NCBI GenBank assembly: GCA_963836075.1
Contig: CAWIIB010000001.1
Span: 1,728,001 to 1,792,000, forward strand
Length of the DNA: 64,000 nucleotides
Reading direction: 5' to 3'
From: an uncultured Acidobacteriota bacterium
GTDB lineage: Bacteria; Acidobacteriota; JAQAZP01
Shown here: piece by piece, positions 11,250-22,200 of the stretch
Layout of the letters: each line of letters opens with the position of its first letter
Position numbering within the stretch: position 1 is the first letter of the stretch
The notes under the pieces: model-generated
What the model was told of the DNA's origin: nothing
What the model saw: only the letters and a program-made list of their open reading frames with translations
Database searches by the model: none
Translations under genes and position numbers: made by a program

Positions 11250-11428
11250 TGCTGTCCTCCATTGCTGTCATCGGAACCGGGCCGGGGATTGCGAAGCGTG
11301 CGGCTTCCGGAAGTAACCCGATAGATCAAGTTCTGTGAGACATTGTATACCATGCCGCTCCATCGGCAGGCATGGGTTCCACCCCCGCCGGCCGGTCAGA
11401 AGACCTTCCGACGGGGGTGCGGGAGTGC

Positions 11429-11794
11429 TCAGGGAGCCACACCGGTCACGGTGCAGCCGGCGCTGTCGGTGTCGCCGGCCGCCGGATAGGGCGGCTGGTT
11501 GTATGGCGCCGCGGTCACGTCCGCGGCCAGCAGGGTGAAATCGTTGGCCCCCACCAGCGTGCCCAGCGCCGGGATGTTCTGGAGCCAGTTGGTGGTGAAG
11601 GTGTCCCCGCCGGCCACGTTGGTGTAGCCGGAACGCCAGTTGGCGAAATACTGGCCCGCGGCCACGGTGACGTGAAGCTTTGCGGCCAAGGTGCGGGTGA
11701 AGCCGGTGTAGAGGTTGGTCAGGCCCACGGTCATGTTGGTGGTGAAGGGCAGCGTCCCCGACGAGGGCACGCAGCTGAGCGAGGCGGACACCGT
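11429..11794 (-). repeat. PYNQPP C-terminal domain copy 2
   Basis: TVSASLSCVPSSGTLPF...NWRSGYTN...DVTAAPYNQPPY...CTVTGVAP*. Confidence 0.9.
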
Positions 11795-14491
11795 GTCCAC
11801 CGCGCCGCTGTCGCAGTCCAGTTCAAAGACGCTGAAGGCGTCGATCCCGGCTTCCACCACCGACCCGTCGTTGAGGTCGGAAGCCTCGAAGCGGACCTTC
11901 ACCGTGCTGGTGGGGGTGACGAAATCGGCCACGGTGAAGGTGTGGACGTTCCAGCCGCTGGGGCTCTGCGGGCCCACCGTTTCCACCAGGACCCAGCTGG
12001 CGCCGTCGTTGTTGGAAACATGGATGTTGAACAGGTCGTTGTTCGGGTCCCCGCCGACGTTGTTGGTGTACCACAGGGCGAAGCTTACCTGCGCCGCCGG
12101 CACAGCGGACAGGTCGAGGGTCGGCGAATGGAGCCAGGTGATCCCGCCGTCCACGTCGGTGTCGTCGTCGGCGTTCTGGGTCAGGTAGCAGTTGCCCGAC
12201 CCGTCGTAATCGATGGCCGGGTCGCCCCGGTCACCACCGCCCACCGGGATGCCCCGCTCCCAGGCGCCGGCGGTGAGACCGCTGCCGTCGATCACGGTCC
12301 AGCCCAGGTCGTCCTCGAAGTCGTCGCCGAAGGTTTCGGACAGCTGACCCACCTCGGAGGTGTAGTTGCCGCTGACCGGGTTGCGCACCAGGCCGGCGGT
12401 GACGCCCTCGGCGCTGAAGAAGTATTCAGGGCTTTCGTTGCAGTCGGCCGCCGGCAGGGTGGCCGTGTAGAGGTCGCCACTCAGGTGGGTCAGCGGGTAT
12501 TCGTCAAAGAACATGCCGCCCGACCGGTAGTGCAGCCTGGCCGACCCGGTGACGTAGCTGTCGGCGTTCTCCACGATCTGGACGTTGATCGTGGTGCTCA
12601 CCCCCGGATCGACATACTCCGGCGTGCCGTCGGGGAGGGTGATCTTGAGCAGCGCGGTCATGGCCAGATCGGGGTTGCCCCACAGGGCGCCCCACTCGAA
12701 GGCCTCGTACTTGATGTAGTTCCAGAGGCCGTTGAGATACATCTCGCGCAGTCCGGCCTGCAGCGCCTGCCCCTGGGTGTAGTCCCCGGAGGTGACGCGG
12801 GTGGTGAAGAAGTAGTCCAGCGACTGGCTCGATCCGTCGTAGGCGCTGTTCCAGCCCGGGCAGCCCATGGCCACCTTGGTGGCGCCCACAAATCCCACCG
12901 CCCCCTGCCGGATCATCGACTGGCCGATGTTCAGCGAGTCGGTGTCCGAATTGCTGCAGGCGTCGGCGAAGATGATCGCCGGGTAGTCGTCATCGAGGGA
13001 GGAGCAGTCCGAGGACTGGATGAAGGCCGGGGCGCCCAGGCCGGCGATGTGGGACGAGGTGGGCGACCCGTGGCCGGCCCAGTTGACAAAGGCGAAGCGC
13101 CCGGTGGGCCAGACCGCCATCACGTTGCTGTTCAGCAGCTCGTAGTCACAGGCGAAGCTGGAGTGGTAGTCCGCGTTCTGCTCGTACATCCGGGTCATGG
13201 TCCAGTCGGCCATCCAGGGCTGGTCCACCTTGGCTTCCATCAGCTCCGCGTTGTCGGTGTCGGCCCAGAAGTAGCCGCCGAGGAGCAGGATGTTCTGCTT
13301 GTAGGAGAGGTCGGTGTTCTGCTCGAAGGCCACCGACTTGTTGCAGATGTTCGTCACGTCGGTGGCCCCGCTCCAGGGGATGCGGCCCACGTTGATCTCG
13401 GCGTAGAAGTCGATGGGGTCGCTGTTCTCGCCCCACTGGTGGTCGCCGTCGGCGTCCCACGACTGGTTGTCGGGCAGCGAGAGCTCGGCGTAGTAGAAGT
13501 CGGTCTCCGGCTGGCCGTAGCCCACGTCCTGGGCGCAGCGCCGCATGGGCACGTCGTCGTAGTGGCCCACCAGCAGCAGGTCCTCGATGCCCCACTCCGC
13601 GGTGGGGTACTTGTCGATGAGGAAGTTGCGGATCCGCTCCGCCTGGTCGTAGCCGGTGTAGTTGGCGTCGATCCAGCTGGTGGTCACCACCTGCACGGTG
13701 CGGCCCTTGCTCACCTCGTGATTCACCAGCGGGGTCACCGCCGAGGTCAGGCTGTCCAGGGTGACGATGACGAAGTCGTAGAGCCCGCGGCCCTGGCGCT
13801 GTCCGGCCGGGTACCACTGCTGGGCCTGCGTGTAGTTGAGCACGATCTCCCGGGCAGTCTTTTCGGTGCCGGGCAGCCAGTCGCTCATCGGGGCCACCGA
13901 GCCCTGGTGCGGCATGGTGTAGTGGACGTTCACCGTGACCCGCGGGTGGTGGGTCAGGATCCCGCTGGCCGCGGCGTAGGTGAAGGGGGATACCCGCACG
14001 TCCACCAGGTTGTACTTGCGGTAACCGGCACGGCCCACCATTTCAGCCACCACGGCGGGCCAGGGCGCGTCGCTGCCGTAGGCCGCATGATGGTTCTGCT
14101 GGTAGCGCTCCAGGTCCCTGCGGTAGAGCTCGGGGTTCTCGTCGCCGATCACCCGCGGCAGCGGCGCCGGCGCCACGGCGTGGGAACCGGAAAGCACGGT
14201 GCTGCCCTGGCAGGTCCAGGTCACCCCGGTGGCTGTTGCGCCGGGGGGGATGGCCACGGCAAAGATCCGTGCCGGCATGTTCGGTTTTCCGGGAACCAGC
14301 AACCGCCCGAACCCCTCCACGGCAAGCTCTCCATCCTGATCAATGGTGTAGACGGAAGCGTCCACGGTCACCGACACCGTCCCGGTATCGGCGGCCCGGG
14401 CATCGAAGCCCGGAAGGAGAAAGAGGGCGGCAACGATCAGGCCGCAAAGGAGAACGGTTGATCGACGGCCGGCGGAAGGAGCGCAACACAT
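11429..14491 (-). CDS. Gingipain-like C25 cysteine peptidase (propeptide + catalytic domain + beta-rich domains) with PYNQPP C-terminal domain
   Basis: Propeptide PGKPNMP; LLLVG, TDFYYAEL, EINVGRIP; catalytic WAGHGS and DACSN; LWGNPDL. ATG 14491 is 7 nt from GGAGG. Confidence 0.85.
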   Translation of the reverse strand: MCCAPSAGRRSTVLLCGLIVAALFLLPGFDARAADTGTVSVTVDASVYTIDQDGELAVEGFGRLLVPGKPNMPARIFAVAIPPGATATGVTWTCQGSTVLSGSHAVAPAPLPRVIGDENPELYRRDLERYQQNHHAAYGSDAPWPAVVAEMVGRAGYRKYNLVDVRVSPFTYAAASGILTHHPRVTVNVHYTMPHQGSVAPMSDWLPGTEKTAREIVLNYTQAQQWYPAGQRQGRGLYDFVIVTLDSLTSAVTPLVNHEVSKGRTVQVVTTSWIDANYTGYDQAERIRNFLIDKYPTAEWGIEDLLLVGHYDDVPMRRCAQDVGYGQPETDFYYAELSLPDNQSWDADGDHQWGENSDPIDFYAEINVGRIPWSGATDVTNICNKSVAFEQNTDLSYKQNILLLGGYFWADTDNAELMEAKVDQPWMADWTMTRMYEQNADYHSSFACDYELLNSNVMAVWPTGRFAFVNWAGHGSPTSSHIAGLGAPAFIQSSDCSSLDDDYPAIIFADACSNSDTDSLNIGQSMIRQGAVGFVGATKVAMGCPGWNSAYDGSSQSLDYFFTTRVTSGDYTQGQALQAGLREMYLNGLWNYIKYEAFEWGALWGNPDLAMTALLKITLPDGTPEYVDPGVSTTINVQIVENADSYVTGSARLHYRSGGMFFDEYPLTHLSGDLYTATLPAADCNESPEYFFSAEGVTAGLVRNPVSGNYTSEVGQLSETFGDDFEDDLGWTVIDGSGLTAGAWERGIPVGGGDRGDPAIDYDGSGNCYLTQNADDDTDVDGGITWLHSPTLDLSAVPAAQVSFALWYTNNVGGDPNNDLFNIHVSNNDGASWVLVETVGPQSPSGWNVHTFTVADFVTPTSTVKVRFEASDLNDGSVVEAGIDAFSVFELDCDSGAVDTVSASLSCVPSSGTLPFTTNMTVGLTNLYTGFTRTLAAKLHVTVAAGQYFANWRSGYTNVAGGDTFTTNWLQNIPALGTLVGANDFTLLAADVTAAPYNQPPYPAAGDTDSAGCTVTGVAP

Positions 14492-14653
14492 GGGCATACC
14501 TCCATATAGGGATTAAAGTGCATTCGGCAACCCGGAATCCGCGGTGGCGAGTCCGCGACGTCGGAAGGCTGAACTGCGGCGGGACCCCGGTGGCCGGCGG
14601 TTGGACGGAGAGCCTGGCCGCCAATCGGGGGAACCCACTCATATGTAAGGAAT

Positions 14654-14682
14654 AATGTAATGCCGGGGGGCGGGAATGTCAA
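14654..14682 (-). promoter_or_regulatory. sigma70-like promoter of C25 peptidase gene
   Basis: Minus strand TTGACA-N17-TACATT in a locally AT-rich patch. Confidence 0.65.
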
Positions 14683-14776
14683 TGCGGATGACCGCTTATC
14701 CTACTGATTCCATATACTTTCCGCAGATCGAATGGATCAGCAGCAAATGGCAGGCATCCGGGTCAGGTCATGCGTC

Positions 14777-15454
14777 TCAGTCCTTGACCGGTTTGCCGGT
14801 CTTGTACATGGTCTGGAAGCCGTCCTCGGACACTTCGGCGGAGAACTTGCGCACCCACTTGACCAGCTTGTTCCAGGTGTTGGTCAGGGCGGTGCCGCTG
14901 GTCACCCGGGTGTGCAGTCCGGCCAGCAGTTCCCCGCTCTCCTTGTGAACGAACTTCAGCTCGATCCGGGCCAGGCCCTTGCCGGCCATGGCCGGCGCCA
15001 GGAACCGTGCCGCCTTGTTTCCCCGGGTGCAGTCGACGATCCGTCCGCTGACCAGCACGTCGCCATCCTCCAGCGATACGGCGGCCCGCCCCGCGAGATC
15101 GGCGCCCAGCTGCAGTTCCAGCATGGCGGGCATCTCGGCGCTGATCTGGCGGGCCAGTTCCAGGTCCTCCTCTTCGCGTCCGGCGGCAGCGGTGCCGATG
15201 AACTGCGGTGCGGGCCAGGCCTCGAAGTGGAAGGTGTGGTCGTCGACGGAAAACCCCGGTTTGACCCAGAGGTAGTCCACTGACGATGACTGGCGGAACT
15301 CCTTGCCGCCGCCGAACCACTCCGGATCGAGCGTCCCATCGTCCAGCACCGCCTGGCCGGCCGCAGCCGGCCCGCTGCACAGCAGGGCCAGAACCGTCAT
15401 CCAGAGGATTGCCGCCATCGGAAAGAGCTGTCCCGGACACCCGGTCATCACCAT
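14777..15454 (-). CDS. Secreted DUF4410-like protein
   Basis: Hydrophobic signal ending AAA-G; VSGRIVDCTRGNKAARFL...AGKGLARIELKFVHKESGELLA resembles DUF4410. Confidence 0.55.
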   Translation of the reverse strand: MVMTGCPGQLFPMAAILWMTVLALLCSGPAAAGQAVLDDGTLDPEWFGGGKEFRQSSSVDYLWVKPGFSVDDHTFHFEAWPAPQFIGTAAAGREEEDLELARQISAEMPAMLELQLGADLAGRAAVSLEDGDVLVSGRIVDCTRGNKAARFLAPAMAGKGLARIELKFVHKESGELLAGLHTRVTSGTALTNTWNKLVKWVRKFSAEVSEDGFQTMYKTGKPVKD

Positions 15455-15462
15455 CCTCCCTT

Positions 15463-16464
15463 TTAGAAACTCCCCGCCGCCACCGTGGCGCCGTGACTGA
15501 TCCCGCTGTCAAATGCGTCGAGCGCGAACCACTGGCTCACCGCGGAACCGTCGTAGCGGAAGACCGCCACCGGCGAGCCGAGGGCCGGGTCGGGCCCGCC
15601 GCCGACCACGATCTCGTCCCGGCCGTTGCCGTCGAGGTCCGCCGAGGCGAACACCCGGGCGCCGAAGGCCGCCGTGCCTTCGGGCAGGGCAAAGAAGTTC
15701 AGGCCGGCCATGGTCTCGAGGGTGGCGCCGTCGTAGTTCCAGCCGCGGACATGGGCGCCGAACAGGCCGGAAGGACCGGGGGAGGTGATGATCTCGTCCA
15801 GACCGTCGCCGTCCACGTCGCCGCAGGCCACGTTCACCCCGAACTTGCTGGTGCCGTAAGCCATGAAGCTGACCGCGGACAGTGGGGCGGCCGCGCCCCC
15901 GTCCACGTTCCAGCCCCGCACGTGGGGCCCGAACACCGCACCGGGACCGGCGCCGGTGACGATTTCGTCATACCCGTCGCCATCGATGTCGCCGGCGGTA
16001 ACGTTGATTCCGAACTTGAGGGTGCCGTAACCGAAATAGCTCACCCCGGTCATGGCCGACACCGTCTGCGAAGCGCCGTAGTGGAAGGCCCGAACGTGGG
16101 GCCCGAACACGGCTCCCGGGCCGGCGCCGGTGATGATCTCGTCACGGCCGTCACGGTCCAGGTCACCGGCGGCCACGTTGACCCCGAACTTCAGTGTGCC
16201 GTAGGCCAGGAAACTGAGCCCGGCCACCGGGGTCCCGTCGGTTTGGAAACCGCGAACGTGGGGGCCGTACACCGCCCCGGGGCCGGGTCCGGTGAGCAGC
16301 TCGTCCACGCCGTCACCGTCCACGTCGCCGCATGAGACGTTGACGCCGTAGCCGCCGGCGCCGTAGGCAGCGAACTCGGCCTCGTGGGTGGCGCCCGCTT
16401 CCGCCGGGAAAACGCGGACCAGCGGCTGGTTGTCCGGGTCCGGGCCGGGCCCGGCCACCAGCCG
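15463..16464 (-). repeat. FG-GAP-type C-terminal module, copy 2 (5 DxDxDG loops, ends GATVAAGSF*)
   Basis: Five GDxDxDGxDE repeats with GPGAVxGPHVR and YGTxKFGxNV. Confidence 0.85.
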
Positions 16465-17774
16465 TGCTTCCCCCCGCCGCCGGCGATGGTGATCACGTTG
16501 GTGAAGATGTCCGGGTTGCCGTTCTGGGTCGAGACGTAACAGGGGTAGACCCGGTTGCCGCCCACGGCCAGCCCCATGTAGTCGCCGAGGAACTGGCTCG
16601 ACCCGCCGGCGTCGTAGCTGTCAAAGGGCTCGGAGGTCAGCCGGTATTCGGTCCAGCTGTCGCCCCCGTCCTCGCTGATGGCGTAGTAGGCGTCGAACAT
16701 GCCGTGCAGGGCGTCGTCGTCCTGCACGGTGTGGCGGCTGTCCAGATAACAGGTGTGCAGCCGCCCCTGCTGGTCCACCTCCAGCCAGCACCAGAACTGG
16801 TCGCCGGCCGGGTCGGCGTCACCGTTGATCACGTGGGGCGTGGTCCAGTTGGATCCCTGGTCGGTTGATCTGGTCAGGTAGATGTCGACGTTGCGGTTGC
16901 CGCCGGACCAGCCGGTGGTGTCGGAGAAGAGGCAGTAGAGCGTGCCGTTGTTGGGGTCCACCGCGAGGTAGCTGAGGGCCGGCACGCGAAACCGCCCGGG
17001 GAACCGGTCGCCTCCCTGGGTGTCCCAGTAGTCCATGCGGGTCGCGATGCGGATTGGCGCTTCAAAGGAGAGGCCGCCATTGAAGCTGCGGCGCAGCATC
17101 ACCCCATCGTAAAAGTTCCACGAGGCTACATAGAGTTCGCCGTTGGGACCCACTCGCGGGAGATAACCGATTTCAGAGCCGAGAGAGACCGGGTTGTTCC
17201 AGCTGTCCCCCATGTCGGTGGAGCGCTGGCAGCCGTAGTTGTATGTGCAGTAGACGGAGGTACTGTCGGCGGTGTCGGGCCCCCGGCCGGCGGCCATCCA
17301 GCCCTTGTCGATGCCGCTGCTGTTGTAGATCATCACCGTCTCTTCGAACGAAGTCTGCCCGGCGTCCATGCGGGCCGCGAACACTCCGCCGTTGCTGGTC
17401 CAGGACATGCCGCCGAACCAGAGCGTGCCGGTGCGGTTGTCGTAACAGGCCATGGGGTCGCCGCCGTAGCCGTAGGAGGAACCGGGAGGAGGCGGAAAGA
17501 TGTCGTCGGCCCAGGTGGCCCCGCCGTCGGTGGTCAGGGAGATCCCGTTGTTGTTCGACGAGCGGTAGTCGTTCCAGCCGGCCACGGCAATCATCGGACT
17601 GGCGTGCACCGAGGCGATGGTGGTCTCGTTGGACCAGTTTGAACCACCGCCCGGGTCGATGCGGACCTGGGGGCCCATGGTGACCTCCACCGCCCCGGCG
17701 GGGAAGGCTGCCGCCAGCACGATCAACAACAGCAGGGCGAAGCCCCGCAACGGTATTCTGTTCAGGCGATCCAT
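15463..17774 (-). CDS. Secreted BNR/sialidase-like protein (paralog of 8786..10457) with FG-GAP C-terminal module; frameshift at ~16470
   Basis: Near-identical blocks to the 10457 gene (GDPMxCYDNRTGTLW, GIDKGW, HGMFDAYYA, GGSSQFLGDY, STQNGNPDIFTNVIT). Frame shifts in a G6 run (16470-16475) at the domain junction. GAGGAGG RBS 6 nt before ATG 17774. Confidence 0.8.
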
Positions 17775-17896
17775 CTCCATCCTCCTCGATCCTGGCAGCA
17801 GTGACGGAGGGAGCACGGCACCAGGCGGTGTTCAGGCAAGGCACTGATTTCGGCTGGAACAATTCTAGCACGAGAGCGGGCGGCGGGACGAAATGC

Positions 17897-17953
17897 AAAA
17901 ACCTGGGGTCAGGCCATGGGGAGTTGCAAATGAATGGTACCTGACCCCAGGTT
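17897..17953 (-). terminator. 14-bp perfect inverted repeat with A/T tail; terminator or REP-like palindrome
   Basis: AACCTGGGGTCAGG (17900-17913) / CCTGACCCCAGGTT (17940-17953), 26-nt spacer, immediately downstream of the histidine kinase stop. Confidence 0.5.
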
Positions 17954-17962
17954 GTTGCAGGA

Positions 17963-19090
17963 TCAATACTGGAGGCGCTTGCCCTGTATCGCGGGGTCGA
18001 CCTGCTGCTTGAAGGTGATGGAGGCCACGGCGCCGCGGTCGTTGGACAGCTTCAGCTCGCCACGGAGGCTTTTTGTCACGATACCGCGCACGAGGTCGAA
18101 CCCGACGTTCGCCAAACTGAAATCGCCGTGCACCAGGTCTTCAGGGTATCCCGGGCCATCATCGCTGTAGACCAGCCGGATCACTGAACCCGAGCCGGCG
18201 ATGCGGACCCTGATCCGCCCCCCCCCCTGCTCATCCAGGGCGTACTTGACTGAGTTGGAGGCCAGTTCGTTGACAATCAGGGCCAGGTGCTGGGCCTGAT
18301 CGTTGCTCACCAGTAGAGGCGAGGGGGTGATACTCACCCGGACCCGGTCCGGGTGGGACACCGACTGCACCGCGGCATTGATCACCTGCACACAGAGATC
18401 GGTGATGCGCAGCGGCCGCCATTGCACAGCGGAGAGCATCCCGTGGACCGTGGCCAGCCCCATCACCCGCCCCACCAGGCTGCGCAGAACCGGAAGATAC
18501 CCGGTGTTGCCCTCCTCCTCCGCCCGGCGCTGCTCCTTGAGCAGCACGCCGATGATCGCCGCCAGGTTGTTTTTCACCCGGTGGTTCACCTCGCGGAAGA
18601 GCACCAGGTTCGCTTCGGCGTTGCGGGCCAGCTCCGCCTCGGCCTCCTTGCGTTTGGTGATATCCCGGATCATGGTCATGCTCACCGGCTCACCCTGCCA
18701 GAAGATCCTTCTCCCGCTTACCTCCAGGGGGATGAGAGAGCCATCGCGGTGCCGCAGGATCGATTCGTAGCGCATGGGCAGCTCCCGCCCCGCGATCCGC
18801 CGGCCAAGCCGTTCCAGCACCACGTCCAGCTCCTGGGACGGCACCAGGTCGTGCAGCCGGCGCTGGAGCAGCTGCTCCTCGGTGTAGCCGCTGATCCGGG
18901 CGGTCTCGCGGTTGGCATAGTGCAACCTCCCGTTGCGGTCAGTCACCAGGAACCCCTCGCCGGCCCCGTCCACCAGCTCCTTGAACCCGCTGTTGCCGTT
19001 GTGGGGTTCGCTCTCCAGTTCACGGCAGCGGGCCCGCAGCAGTTCCAGCTCCTCCAGCAGTTCCTCTCGAGTTTTGTCGGAATCGGCCAT
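17963..19090 (-). CDS. Cytoplasmic PAS-domain histidine kinase (HisKA_2/HWE-like)
   Basis: PAS domain ending RDITKRK; H-box REVNHRVKNNL; N-box NELASNSVKYA; DDGPG. No adjacent response regulator. Confidence 0.9.
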   Translation of the reverse strand: MADSDKTREELLEELELLRARCRELESEPHNGNSGFKELVDGAGEGFLVTDRNGRLHYANRETARISGYTEEQLLQRRLHDLVPSQELDVVLERLGRRIAGRELPMRYESILRHRDGSLIPLEVSGRRIFWQGEPVSMTMIRDITKRKEAEAELARNAEANLVLFREVNHRVKNNLAAIIGVLLKEQRRAEEEGNTGYLPVLRSLVGRVMGLATVHGMLSAVQWRPLRITDLCVQVINAAVQSVSHPDRVRVSITPSPLLVSNDQAQHLALIVNELASNSVKYALDEQGGGRIRVRIAGSGSVIRLVYSDDGPGYPEDLVHGDFSLANVGFDLVRGIVTKSLRGELKLSNDRGAVASITFKQQVDPAIQGKRLQY

Positions 19091-19260
19091 CCTGGGGATC
19101 ACTCCGGAAAACGCATTTTCGGAATTGTAACCCGGGGGTGGGCCGCTGTCGACCGTGGCCGAAGATGAACCAGGACGGAAAGTCTGGTATTCTGGGGGGG
19201 TTACGAAGTTCGTTTGGCGCTCCGCCCCGATGACTTGTCCCACCGGAGGATCGTTCCCCG

Positions 19261-22200
19261 ATGAAAACCAGACTCTTCTTCCTCATGGCCGGATTGCTCT
19301 GCGCCGCCACGGCGTATGGCGGATCCCTGCAGATCCACACCGCCCATGCCTCCGGGCAGGTTACCGCTCCGTCCCTCCCGCCGCTGTCGGTCAGCGCCGC
19401 GGCTTCGGGCGGGACCGTCTTCTCCGGCGATGACCTCCAGTGGCTGGGCCAGTCCGGGGAGCCCCGCATCCCCTGGCAGGTGGTGACCCTGCTGCTCCCT
19501 CCGGACGCGGACAGCTCGACGCTCACCGGCCGGTTGAGCGGAGCGTCGTATGGCGAGGTGGCGGGAACCTGGCGGGTGGACCCGCTTCCCCCGCCGGCCA
19601 CCCGGAACAGATCGGGAGAAACCGTGTATGACTGGCCGGCAGGGAAAAGGCTGGCGGACGGCCATGACCTCGATATTTACGGGTCGAACAGCCTGTGGCC
19701 CGCAGAGGGTGTTCGCCTCCTCGGCTGCGGCCGGCTGCACGGCTGGCTGCTCTGCGAGGCGGCCGTGCCCCTGGTGCGCTGGAACCCGGCCACCGGCCGC
19801 CTGGTGCGGCTGGAATCGGCGCACCTGCGCCTCGAGTTCGAACGCACCCCGGTGGGCAGCGCCCAGCCGGTTCATCACCTGCGTAACCCGCGGGGAGCGG
19901 AGCGGGTGGCCCGCCTGGCGGCCAACTTCGAGTCAGCAGCCACCGCGTACGGCAACGGCCGCTCCAGCGAACGGGCCAGCGGCTACACCATCGTCACCAC
20001 CAACGCCGTGGTCAACAGCTCCGCCGCCCTCGCCGGCTTCATGGCCCACAAGGCCTCCCTCGGCTTCACCGTGCGGCTGGTCACCGAGGACGACTTTGGC
20101 GGCGGTCAGGGCGACGGCGCAGCGGAAAACATCCGTGCCTGGCTCCAGGCCAACTACCTGGCCGACGAGACTCTGCACGTCCTGCTCATCGGCAACCCGC
20201 ACCCCGGCGAGGGCGAAGTGCCGATGAAACGCTGCTACGACAGCGTGGACGGGATGTACGAGATGCCCACCGACTTCTTCTACTCCGACCTCTCCGGCGA
20301 CTGGGACCTCAACCAGGACGGCAATTCCGGCCAGTGGGAGGACATGGGGGACGGCGGCATCGACCGTTTCTGGGAGGTGCTGGTGGGGCGGATCCCCTAC
20401 TACGGCCAGATCACCGACACCGATCACATTCTGCAGAAGCTCGTCGATTACGAACAGGATACCGACACCCAGTGGCGGCGCCGGGCCCTGCTGCCCATGG
20501 TGCCGCTGGACGACGCCACCCAGTCCTACCAGCTGGGCGAGCAGATGAAGGCCGGCTACCTCGAAGCGGCGGCCATCCCCTCGCACCGCCTCTACCACGA
20601 CGACTACGGGCTGGTTCCCCTGCCGGAGACCATCCCCTCCAGCTACGAGAACGTGATCAACCGCTGGAACGACGCCCCCTGCGGGCTGGTGGTCTGGATG
20701 ACCCACGGCTGGAACGAAGGCGGCGCCGAAGTGGCCACCAGCGACTCGATCCTCGGCCTTGACGACGCCTTCCCCGGCGCCACCTGGCACGGCTCGTGCG
20801 GCAACGCCGAACCGGAACACCCGCGCAACATCGCCTACGCCCTGCTGCGCCACGGCGGGATCGCCACCAACGGGGCCACCCGCTCCAGCTGGTACTACGT
20901 CGGTGAAACAAACTTCACCGCGTCCACCAGCATCGGCGGCCTCGGCTACCAGTACGCGGCAAAACTGGTCGCCGGACAGAGCTGCGGCCAGGCCTGGGCC
21001 GACGTGCGCCAGGAGATGGTCCCCGGCATCTGGTCCAATTTCGCGATGCACAACCTCTACGGCGACCCCTCGCTGGTGGTGATGCCTCCGCCGCCCGCCT
21101 TCACCGTCCGGCCCACCGACCTCTTCGCGGTCTCCGGGGTGCGCAACGAGGTGTGGCACGGCGGCCAGCGGACCTTCACGCTGAAGAACAATAGCGGGTC
21201 GCCCTTCAGCTGGTCGGCAACCGGCTCCACCCCGTGGCTCGCCCTGGACCCGGCAGGCGGCACCCTTGCCGGGGGCGAAGAGGTCGAGGTGCTGGCACAG
21301 ATCTCCTCCTCCTCCGGCGAGCTGCCGGTGGGGACCCAGCAGGCACAGATCATCTTCAGCGAGGCCGCCGGAGGCGTCACCATTCAGCGGGACGTACAGG
21401 TGGAAGTGAAGCCGCGGGTGATGGCCATCCACTGGAAACTGGACGAGCAAAACGGGTTCATCGCCTACGACGGGAGCGGTTTCGACAACCGCGGGTTCCT
21501 TGAAGGGGGGATACGCTTCCAGAACGACGCGGTTCCCGGACGCTTCGGCGGCGCGCTGCGCTTCCACGAGAGCGGCTACATGATCAACATGGAGCACCTG
21601 GGTCTCCAGGACATCCCGCCGCCCTGGACCATGGCCATGTGGGTCAAAAAGACGGAGAACATCACCGGGACCAGCTCCCTCTTCTCCTCACCCACCGCGG
21701 CGCTGCGCCTGGAGCACTGGAACAACGACGACGTGGGGTTCACCATCTTCGGCGGCGGGGGCGACCACAGCTTCGGCTACTCCGCCCCGGTGGGCCAGTG
21801 GGTCCACCTGGCACTGGTGGGCAGCGAATCGAGCACGTCGCTCTACGTCAACGGCCTGCCCTGGGCCACGGTGGACACGCCCATCGCCGCGCCGATGAGA
21901 TCGCTCTGCACCTCGCTGCTCAGGCTGGCCGCCGAGCTGGATGACGTGCGGGTCTACAACCACACGCTCTCCGCCGAGGGGATCAAGGCCCTGGAGCGTG
22001 GCGGCCAGGCCATGAACCCCGCACCGGCCGACGGCGCCGCCGGCATCGCCGACGGCTCGCTGCTCAGCTGGGTGCCGGGTGTTTCCGCCGTCTCCCACAA
22101 CGTCTACTTCGGCACCGACGCCGGGGCGGTGGCCGCGGCCACCGTCGATTCACCGGAGTATGCGGGAAACCAGAGCGGGACCGACTGGCAGCCGGCCCTC

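Noticed and set aside
11429-11794. Interpreting the PYNQPP domain as a T9SS type A CTD or a sortase/exosortase signal
   Set aside because: Longer (~120 aa), lacks the YPNP start and the GxYxx...KxxK end of T9SS CTDs, and has no TM helix plus basic tail.
9045-14461. Very long plus-strand ORFs 9045..11324 and 11372..14461
   Set aside because: Antisense shadows of well-supported minus-strand genes; high GC3 suppresses stops; no recognisable motifs.
14520-14570. Minus-strand GGATTCCGGGTTGCCGAA resembling the 3' end of a GEMM-I cyclic-dinucleotide riboswitch
   Set aside because: The upstream GxAAA..GNRA..GACGxAAAGCC elements are absent.
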